From Fidelibacterota bacterium (GTDB taxonomy: Bacteria; Fidelibacterota; Marinisomatia; Marinisomatales; Marinisomataceae), in NCBI GenBank assembly GCA_018672235.1, contig JABHGE010000027.1:1-52395 (forward strand): a DNA stretch of 52,395 bases, read 5' to 3'. Under the pieces are notes generated by a model. It was not told where the DNA came from. It was given only the letters and a program-made list of their open reading frames with translations, and did not search any database. Every line of letters begins with the position of its first letter. Position 1 is the first letter of the stretch. The translations under genes were made by a program, and so were the position numbers. This document shows, one piece after another, positions 42,772-50,255 of this stretch.

Positions 42772-42800
42772 AACTTAATGATAAAAACGAGAAATGCCAA
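42772..42800 (-). promoter_or_regulatory. Putative sigma70 promoter of rpsU (near-leaderless)
   Basis: TTGGCA-17-TAAGTT, 8 nt before the ATG, with no SD. Confidence 0.5.
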
Positions 42801-42803
42801 TTA

Positions 42804-43562
42804 TCATATAATATTCTTCGATATGTCAATAAACTCACTGACACTTAACTGCTCTGGTCTCCTCTTGAAATCTATTTTACAAGAATCTAAATCAATATCT
42901 AATGCTGACAATGAATTTCTTAACATTTTTCTTCTCTGATTAAATGCCATTCTTACTACTTGACTGAATTTCTTAACATCTACATCATCCTTATTAAAGT
43001 CTGATCTTTTTTCGATAGAAATGAACGCTGATTGTACTTTTGGTCTAGGAATAAAGACGTTGGGGGAAATAGAAAAACAAATTTTAATGTCAAAAAATAA
43101 GCCAGTCATCACAGTCACTCTGCTATAATCTTTTGTACCTATTTTCCCTGTTAAGCGCTGAGCAACTTCTTTTTGAACCATCAAATATGCCCTATCCCAA
43201 CTCTCTAGATGCTCAATTAACCAAAAAATAATTGGGGAGGTGATATTGTAAGGTATATTGCCTACAACTACAGGCGAATCAATCTTTAAACTATCTAAAT
43301 CTACTTTTAAGATATCTTGATTGATAATCTTTAGTCCTAATAACTTTTCATGTACCTCTAAAATTTTAATTAAATCCGGATCTATTTCTACCATAGATAA
43401 GCTTTTTGCAACATCAACTAATTTTTCACTTAAGGCTCCGTGACCTGGACCAATCTCTAATACATTTTCTTCAGGGTCAATATCAATGGTCTTAATAATT
43501 TTATCTAATAGGTTATTATCTACAAGGAAATTTTGTCCCCATTTTTTTTTAGCAAACACCAT
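42804..43562 (-). CDS. rsmA: 16S rRNA m6,2A1518/1519 dimethyltransferase
   Basis: GQNFL, EIGPGHG, NIPYNITS, MVQKEVA, RRKML. Confidence 0.97.
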   Translation of the reverse strand: MVFAKKKWGQNFLVDNNLLDKIIKTIDIDPEENVLEIGPGHGALSEKLVDVAKSLSMVEIDPDLIKILEVHEKLLGLKIINQDILKVDLDSLKIDSPVVVGNIPYNITSPIIFWLIEHLESWDRAYLMVQKEVAQRLTGKIGTKDYSRVTVMTGLFFDIKICFSISPNVFIPRPKVQSAFISIEKRSDFNKDDVDVKKFSQVVRMAFNQRRKMLRNSLSALDIDLDSCKIDFKRRPEQLSVSEFIDISKNII

Positions 43563-44323
43563 TATATTTTAAAAAATAATTCAGCATTATCTGTGGTCGC
43601 TTTTGCTATTTCTTTAAATTCGACGTCTAGCAAATCTGATATAAATAACGCTATGTCTTTAACATACTTTGGCTCATTCGGCTTACCTCTAAATGGTTGA
43701 GGAGCTAAAAAAGGACAATCTGTTTCTAATACAAAATCTTTGAGAGTAATATTTTGAATTGCAGACTGATTAATAGAATTTTTAAATGTGACATTACCTG
43801 AAAAAGATAATAGCACATTTAAATTAAGTAATTTTTCAGCAAACTTTATATCGCTTGAATAGCAATGGGCTAAGGCTTTATCAAATGAATATCTTTTAAG
43901 AATCTCTAAGATATCTTTATCTGCATCTCGATTGTGAAAAATAATTGGTAGTGATAGCGATTTAGCCAATTCCATTTGCTCTATCATCACCTTCTCTTGA
44001 ATATTTTTTGGAGATATATTTCTATAGTGATCAATTCCTATTTCACCTATAGCAACCACTTTTTTGCTACTCAGTGCAAGATTTTCAAGGTCTTTTATAT
44101 AGTTTTTATGTACATCTTTTGAATCATGAGGATGAATACCGACTGCAGCATAAACATTGTTATACTTACTTGCTAGATCTACAGATTGTTTGGATGTACT
44201 TATGTCAGTTCCAATACATACAATTTTTTTAACATCATTCTTATTTGCTTCATCTAACACTCTATCTAAATCATTATACATATCTTCATAGTATAAATGA
44301 GCATGTGTATCAATCAATGTCAT
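43562..44323 (-). CDS. tatD: TatD-family nuclease
   Basis: DTHAH, GIHPH, AIGEIGID, HNR, HCYS, ETDCPF. Confidence 0.95.
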   Translation of the reverse strand: MTLIDTHAHLYYEDMYNDLDRVLDEANKNDVKKIVCIGTDISTSKQSVDLASKYNNVYAAVGIHPHDSKDVHKNYIKDLENLALSSKKVVAIGEIGIDHYRNISPKNIQEKVMIEQMELAKSLSLPIIFHNRDADKDILEILKRYSFDKALAHCYSSDIKFAEKLLNLNVLLSFSGNVTFKNSINQSAIQNITLKDFVLETDCPFLAPQPFRGKPNEPKYVKDIALFISDLLDVEFKEIAKATTDNAELFFKI

Positions 44324-45798
44324 TGAATAATTCTCGGAAAAATTGGATCGGTCTTAGAGATTTTATCGCCAGACTGTAAAGATCCCCATTCTAACTTGAG
44401 GTCTTTAGCTCCTAGGGCTGTGAGTATTTCTTTGGACTTTGCTGGCATAACAGGAGAAAGCATAATAGCAGCTACTCTTAAAGCCTCTGCGGCATGATAT
44501 AAAATATTTCCAGCTGATTCTTTATCTTCTTTAACAAGTTTCCATGGTTGATTTTTTTCCATATAAACATTTACAGATCTTATAAAACTCATAATTTCAT
44601 TCAAGAGACTATCAATTTTGAAATGGTCTAAGTGTTCTTTGATATCGATAGAACTGAATCTTTCTGATAACTCGCTGTCTTCAGTGATGCAACTAGGAAT
44701 TTTATCATCAAAATTATTGCTAACCAATGTACATACTCGACTTACTAGATTACCCAAGTCGTTAGCTAAATTACTATTATACTTTCTAATAAAAGAGTCC
44801 ATCGAGAAAGTAGCATCTAGTCCTAAAACCATTTCACTCATTAGGTAATACCTAACTGCATCAACACCGAATTCATCAATTAACATCAAAGGATTAACAA
44901 CATTGCCAAGAGATTTACTCATTTTTTTATCATCAGTTAGCCACCAACCATGTGCAAAAATAGCTTTCGGTAAAGGCAAGTTTAATGCCATTAACATAGT
45001 AGGCCAATAGACTGAATGAGTAGTTAATATATCCTTACCTATTAAATGAACATCTGCAGGCCAATGCATATCAAATACTTTGCTATCTTCTAAATATTTT
45101 GGAGCAGATATATAGTTAATGAGTGCGTCAAACCATACATATGTGACATAATCTTTATCAAATGGAATTTCAATACCCCACTCCAACCTACTCTTCGGCC
45201 TAGAGATACATAAGTCAGATAAGTCATTTTTTAAAAATCCTAACACTTCATTCTTCCTACTTTTAGGCTTTATAGATAATTCATCACTTTCTATCTTTTC
45301 AATTAGTGCTGACTGATATTTACTCATTTTGAAAAAATAATTTTTTTCTTTAATTTTTTTGACTTGACCAAAAAGGCCGCTTTCTACTTCTTTTTCCGTT
45401 ATAAACCTTTCTTCAGATATCGAATACCACCCTTCATATTCATCTTGGTATACATCTCCATTTTTATATACTTGATTTAATATGCTCTGCACAATCTTTA
45501 TATGACGCTTCTCTGTAGTTCGTATAAAATCTGAATAATTAATATTTAATTTTTCCCATAATTCAATAAATGCTGTGGCCATTGTATCACAGTGTACAGA
45601 TGGAGTAACTCCATTTTTTTCAGCAGCTTGTTGCACTTTAAGGCCATGTTCATCTAATCCTGTTAAGAAAAAAGAAGTATCTCCAATTAAATCACGAAAC
45701 CTTGATAGGGTATCAGCTAGGATAGTTGTATATGCGTGACCTATATGAGGTTTATCATTGACATAATAGATTGGTGTTGTAATATAATATTTTTTCAT
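44320..45798 (-). CDS. metG: Methionine--tRNA ligase (short MetRS1 type, no C-terminal tRNA-binding domain)
   Basis: TTPIYY, HIGH, YVWFDAL, KMSKSLGN, ends FPRI. Confidence 0.97.
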   Translation of the reverse strand: MKKYYITTPIYYVNDKPHIGHAYTTILADTLSRFRDLIGDTSFFLTGLDEHGLKVQQAAEKNGVTPSVHCDTMATAFIELWEKLNINYSDFIRTTEKRHIKIVQSILNQVYKNGDVYQDEYEGWYSISEERFITEKEVESGLFGQVKKIKEKNYFFKMSKYQSALIEKIESDELSIKPKSRKNEVLGFLKNDLSDLCISRPKSRLEWGIEIPFDKDYVTYVWFDALINYISAPKYLEDSKVFDMHWPADVHLIGKDILTTHSVYWPTMLMALNLPLPKAIFAHGWWLTDDKKMSKSLGNVVNPLMLIDEFGVDAVRYYLMSEMVLGLDATFSMDSFIRKYNSNLANDLGNLVSRVCTLVSNNFDDKIPSCITEDSELSERFSSIDIKEHLDHFKIDSLLNEIMSFIRSVNVYMEKNQPWKLVKEDKESAGNILYHAAEALRVAAIMLSPVMPAKSKEILTALGAKDLKLEWGSLQSGDKISKTDPIFPRIIQ

Positions 45799-45801
45799 AA
45801 T

Positions 45802-46866
45802 CTAATTTAATGAGTTATGACTATTTATAATCATATTCATTATAGATAGTTTTGGAGCATTGTTTGATTTCAAATTATTTAAACATATCTCAATTTCTTT
45901 TAAGAGAGATACTATATTAGAATTTTCATTTTTGGATAAAAAATCTTCTCCCAAATGAGTGAAGTCTTCCCATTCAAATGGGATCATAATTGATTCTTTT
46001 ATAAGCGCAGTACATTCAAGCCATTTTTTAATGATATCTAATTCGAAGTAAAATAACTCTCTTTTACTGTTAAAACGTAATAGTGTTTCTTCAGAAAATA
46101 ATCCTACTGATTCTGCAGTATTATATTGGATACAATCAATATACTTGCTTACAATGTCTATAATTGACTCTCTAGAGTGCTCATCCAGTAAATCTATTTT
46201 CTCTAAATTATTGTTAGATAGAAATGATAAAATATCTGGATCAAAATTTTTCTTCCTATCTAAGAAATCAACAAGATTATTAGATGAAATTCTTGGTATA
46301 TTAATCATTTGACACCTTGAGGTAATAGTCGATGCAACGTTATTGGCAGAATCTGTTACCAATAAAAAAGAAGTATTATTTGGCGGTTCCTCTAATATTT
46401 TTAGTAGAGCATTTGCAGATTCAGCAGACCCTTCAGATAAAGCATGTGCATCAAAGATAATTACTACTTTTTTGTGTTCAGATTTGAAAAAAATATTTTT
46501 TTTAAGATTCTTTAATACGTTAATAGGAATTCGCTTACTATGAGATAGTTTATTTTTCTTCAAGGGAAATACTAATTTTTTCTTCCAATAATTATTCCAT
46601 TCTTGGTATTCTTTTTGATCCATTTTAGAGCTTTTAAATAACTTCTTATAAAAATCACTATCTCCAGGAAGAATAAGAAAAATATTGGGGTTGTTTATAA
46701 ACTGATTCAACTTAAACCCAGTAATTAAGCTACAAAATTCCAATGCGAATGCTTCTTTACCCGAACCGCTCGGACCATGAATAAGGTATGCATTTCCAAC
46801 TCTGTCTTTGTCAATAATAGATTGGATATAATCCCAAGGCTTAGGCTGTAACTTACTTATATCCAT
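45802..46866 (-). CDS. holB: DNA polymerase III subunit delta'
   Basis: GPSGSGK, ANALLKILEEPP, TITSRCQ; adjacent to metG and tatD. Confidence 0.88.
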   Translation of the reverse strand: MDISKLQPKPWDYIQSIIDKDRVGNAYLIHGPSGSGKEAFALEFCSLITGFKLNQFINNPNIFLILPGDSDFYKKLFKSSKMDQKEYQEWNNYWKKKLVFPLKKNKLSHSKRIPINVLKNLKKNIFFKSEHKKVVIIFDAHALSEGSAESANALLKILEEPPNNTSFLLVTDSANNVASTITSRCQMINIPRISSNNLVDFLDRKKNFDPDILSFLSNNNLEKIDLLDEHSRESIIDIVSKYIDCIQYNTAESVGLFSEETLLRFNSKRELFYFELDIIKKWLECTALIKESIMIPFEWEDFTHLGEDFLSKNENSNIVSLLKEIEICLNNLKSNNAPKLSIMNMIINSHNSLN

Positions 46867-48031
46867 TTTTTATCCATTGTAGTGGGTTTAATTTTTGATT
46901 ATTCCCCCAGATTTCAAAGTGTATAGTATTATTACTTGAAACAAATCCAATCTCCTGCCCTTCTTTAACTATCATATTTTCGCTAACTAATAATTTATCT
47001 AGGTGCGTAAAAACTGTAAAATATCCACCATTATGATCAATAATCACTGTAGTACCATACCCCGATATAAAGGTGATAGTAGTCACCAATCCATCGAACA
47101 CACTTTTCACTGCAGTATCTGAACTAGCTGCAATATCAATACCAGGATTATCTAGAGTTGTATTTAATTTAGGATTCCATTGCGGCCCAAAACCCTTAAC
47201 GACTTTACCAGAAACAGGCCAAATAAGCTTACCCTTATACTGCTTAATATTTGTTTTAATAGTATTCAATTTTGCTAATTGCTCTGAATCATATTTTTTC
47301 TTTGCTTCAATAATATTCTTGCGCAATGTCTCTAATGCGTTAATCTTAGTTGTTTGTTTTTCTATTTCTTTTCTAATTGATGTTTGCTCTTCTTTTAAAT
47401 CAACTATGAGTTTTTCTTGATATTTTTTTTTCTGAGCTAAAGATTTCAACTCATTATTTTTAAACTGTTTATTCTTATCTATATCTTGTAGCAAGACTAC
47501 AATTTCTTCATTCTTTTTTTTATTATAGAACTGCGACTTGTTAAGCTTGTTGATACTCTTTTGATTCAATTCTGAAATAATATTATAATATTTTACTCTA
47601 TATACCATTTGATTAAAGCTATTAGAATTAAAAATTAAACTTCTTAATTCCTGATTTTTCTTTTTATAGAGATTAATTGATCGTTCCGCATACTGTTTTT
47701 TAATCAATTCCATTTCGTTTCTATTGGCAATAATAGCATTCTTCAAATTGGTTGATTGTTTATTATATAGATCTATTTTTTTATTATAAGCCCTAATAAG
47801 ATTTTGAGAGTTTTGGATATTCTTTTTTGTGATATTTAGAATTCTATTTGTTTGCTGCGCTTTAGTTTTAAGTCCATTTATTTCACTATTATTCTTTTTG
47901 ATAGCTTCCTTAATTTGCTTGATTTGTTGCTCAGTGCTTAAGATAGATTTTTCAAAATCCTTCTCTTGTGGGTACAAGAAAGTAAGTGATATAAAAAATA
48001 AAATTTTAGTAATTGATTTCTGTTTGTTCAT
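46853..48031 (-). CDS. envC: Murein hydrolase activator EnvC-like protein (coiled coil plus degenerate M23 domain)
   Basis: Signal peptide, long coiled coil, KGKLIWPV, NPGIDI (Zn ligand His absent), HFEIW. Confidence 0.8.
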   Translation of the reverse strand: MNKQKSITKILFFISLTFLYPQEKDFEKSILSTEQQIKQIKEAIKKNNSEINGLKTKAQQTNRILNITKKNIQNSQNLIRAYNKKIDLYNKQSTNLKNAIIANRNEMELIKKQYAERSINLYKKKNQELRSLIFNSNSFNQMVYRVKYYNIISELNQKSINKLNKSQFYNKKKNEEIVVLLQDIDKNKQFKNNELKSLAQKKKYQEKLIVDLKEEQTSIRKEIEKQTTKINALETLRKNIIEAKKKYDSEQLAKLNTIKTNIKQYKGKLIWPVSGKVVKGFGPQWNPKLNTTLDNPGIDIAASSDTAVKSVFDGLVTTITFISGYGTTVIIDHNGGYFTVFTHLDKLLVSENMIVKEGQEIGFVSSNNTIHFEIWGNNQKLNPLQWIKNGYK

Positions 48032-48062
48032 TTAAAGAAAATTAAAACCTAAATTGTAAATA

Positions 48063-48644
48063 ATGATGAAAAAATTTATAACAATATTGGGAATAATTAT
48101 TATTTCTTTTCATTCAATGTTATTTGCCCAAAATCAAAAAATTTTACTACTAGGTAAATGTGACAAAGAAGCAACTACGGATATGCTGAATTATCTCAAT
48201 AAAAGAGCAAAGATTTTTCTAAATGCTGAAAATAATATTGAACTATCTATAGAGAATATATCCTCTTATCCTATTATATTTATATGTAACAATGATTATT
48301 TAAAACTAACCAATCAAGAGGTGATTTTATTAGAAAACCATTTAAAGCAAGGCGGTTTATTAATTTTAGATAATATTACATCCGATTATACCTATTCAAT
48401 TTTTTTAGATAAAATATTGCCTGAATTCAAAAAAAAATCTCTTCCTTTAGATATCTTTTTTGAAGATAATCTTTTTCAGATTAATCTAGATGAAACTACT
48501 ATTGATCTCGAGGGAATATTTATTAATAATAAATTAGCTCTTCTAGGAATTAAAAAAAATAGTATAGTAAGTGGATGGGTTAATCAAAATGAAGAATTTT
48601 TTAAAATTGGCTCGAGTATTATTTTTTATAATTTAACTAGATGA
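48063..48644 (+). CDS. DUF4159-like exported protein (divergent)
   Basis: Signal peptide, YPIIFI, L..HL.QGGLLILDN, KIG..I.FY.L C-terminus. Confidence 0.55.
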   Translation: MMKKFITILGIIIISFHSMLFAQNQKILLLGKCDKEATTDMLNYLNKRAKIFLNAENNIELSIENISSYPIIFICNNDYLKLTNQEVILLENHLKQGGLLILDNITSDYTYSIFLDKILPEFKKKSLPLDIFFEDNLFQINLDETTIDLEGIFINNKLALLGIKKNSIVSGWVNQNEEFFKIGSSIIFYNLTR

Positions 48645-49067
48645 GTCTATTTTTTTCTTCTCAGAACTATATACTCTTTTTCTGAGCTCGCTAGTAGAAT
48701 AGCCATGATCTCTAGAGTTAAAAATGCATTTAATATCTAATTCATGACCAGTAAACTTTTTATTTTTATGATCAGCCCCTAATATTCGAACATCAGGATT
48801 AATCTCTTTAAGTAGATTAATAAGGCTACTTTCAGTCGTATAAGGCCTTACTTCGTCAACAAATTTAATAGAACCAACAAGCCCCAATCTTTCTTTATGA
48901 GACTGAACTGGAAAATTTTTTTCTGAACGATCTATCGAGGGATCTGATTGAACGCCTACAATCAAATAGTCGCAATACTGCTTACATTCTTCAAACATTA
49001 ATACATGCCCGTAGTGACAAAGGTCAAATGAACCAAATGTTATTCCTACTATCTTATCTTTCTTCAT
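48633..49067 (-). CDS. Stand-alone cytidylyltransferase (glycerol-3-phosphate cytidylyltransferase-like)
   Basis: GSFDLCHYGH, VGVQSDP, RDHGYSTSELR. Confidence 0.9.
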   Translation of the reverse strand: MKKDKIVGITFGSFDLCHYGHVLMFEECKQYCDYLIVGVQSDPSIDRSEKNFPVQSHKERLGLVGSIKFVDEVRPYTTESSLINLLKEINPDVRILGADHKNKKFTGHELDIKCIFNSRDHGYSTSELRKRVYSSEKKKIDSSS

Positions 49068-49830
49068 ATTTAACTTTTTTCCAATACTCCATTAATTCAT
49101 CTAATGACAAATCATTAATTATTTTTTTATCTAGTAAAATTAGTTTCTCTAATGCAGTAAATCTATTATAGAATTTTTTATTAGCTTTTTTTAATGCTAG
49201 CTCAGAAGAAATATTAAGAAATCGAGATAAATTAACAATTGTTGTTAATAAGTCTCCAATTTCTTCTTCAATATTATTTTTATCTTGATTCTTGATTCCT
49301 AGTTTCAGCTCCTTCAGTTCTTCATCTATTTTCTTAATAGCTTGCTCAATATTACTCCATTCAAAACCAACTGCAGCAGACTTGTCTTGTAATCTATGAG
49401 ATACAATTAAAGGTGATAAAGAGTTTGGAACTCCATCTAGAATAGAATCTCTTTTCTTCTGTTTCTTTTTATTCAATTCCCAGTTCTTTTTTGAAGAATA
49501 ATTTTCAGTACTATCATTACTAAAGATATGTGAATGACGATTAACTATTTTTTTATTAATGTCATCTATCACTTCCTCCATAGTGAATTCTTTTTTTTCG
49601 CTTGCTAGAACAGCTTGGAATACGATGTTAAGCAATAAGTCTCCTAACTCTTCCCTTAGTAGTGAAGGCTTATTCTCTAATATAGCTTCTACGACCTCAT
49701 GTGACTCTTCTAATAAGTATGGTATTAACGTTTCTGAGGTTTGTTTGCGATCCCAATCACATCCATCTGGAGCTCTTAGCTTTTCAACAAGACTTATAAG
49801 GTCCTTTAATTTTTGATCAATACTATTCAT
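49054..49830 (-). CDS. mazG: Nucleoside triphosphate pyrophosphohydrolase MazG
   Basis: LRAPDGCDWD, EESHE, EELGDLL, second domain EEIGDLL, KFYNRF. Confidence 0.95.
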   Translation of the reverse strand: MNSIDQKLKDLISLVEKLRAPDGCDWDRKQTSETLIPYLLEESHEVVEAILENKPSLLREELGDLLLNIVFQAVLASEKKEFTMEEVIDDINKKIVNRHSHIFSNDSTENYSSKKNWELNKKKQKKRDSILDGVPNSLSPLIVSHRLQDKSAAVGFEWSNIEQAIKKIDEELKELKLGIKNQDKNNIEEEIGDLLTTIVNLSRFLNISSELALKKANKKFYNRFTALEKLILLDKKIINDLSLDELMEYWKKVKYEER

Positions 49831-50255
49831 ATTATTTTAATGTTACAGCTTTTTACTATAGCTTCTTGTTTATCAAACATGATTTTTTTTGAAATTGCAT
49901 CGTCATCTTTATAACCTAACAGATGTAGTAATCCATGTACAATTAATCTTACAAGTTCGCTATTTAGAGAAACATTGAATTCCTTACTACTTGATAGTGC
50001 TCTATCATAGCTAATATAGATTTCTGATTCTAACATTGTATCGTTTTCAATAGGAAATGCCAATACGTCGGTTAATACATCTTCATTAAAATATTGGGCT
50101 TTTAGCTTACTAAGACGTTCGTCATCGCAAAAAATAATATTTAATGATATAGACTCATAGTCTGTATCCTTTAGTACTAATTCACATAACCTACTGATTG
50201 ATGTTGAATCATATTGATAGCTAGGATTAGTATTATTAACAGATAAATTAATCAT
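49827..50255 (-). CDS. ybeY: rRNA maturation endoribonuclease YbeY
   Basis: TDVLAFP, EIYIS, HGLLHLLGY; start moved to the ATG at 50255. Confidence 0.92.
   Translation of the reverse strand: MINLSVNNTNPSYQYDSTSISRLCELVLKDTDYESISLNIIFCDDERLSKLKAQYFNEDVLTDVLAFPIENDTMLESEIYISYDRALSSSKEFNVSLNSELVRLIVHGLLHLLGYKDDDAISKKIMFDKQEAIVKSCNIKII

Noticed and set aside
42785..42800. Sigma-54 promoter at TTGGCA upstream of rpsU
   Set aside because: No TTGC -12 element at the required spacing; a sigma70 reading fits
46853..47230. Inactive M23 peptidase domain as a novelty
   Set aside because: Degenerate Zn ligands are the normal state for EnvC
43562..49830. TatD, MazG or HIT as an anti-phage defence system
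   Set aside because: All are canonical housekeeping forms in conventional contexts (holB-metG-tatD-rsmA; 7TM-HD-ybeY), with no defence partners
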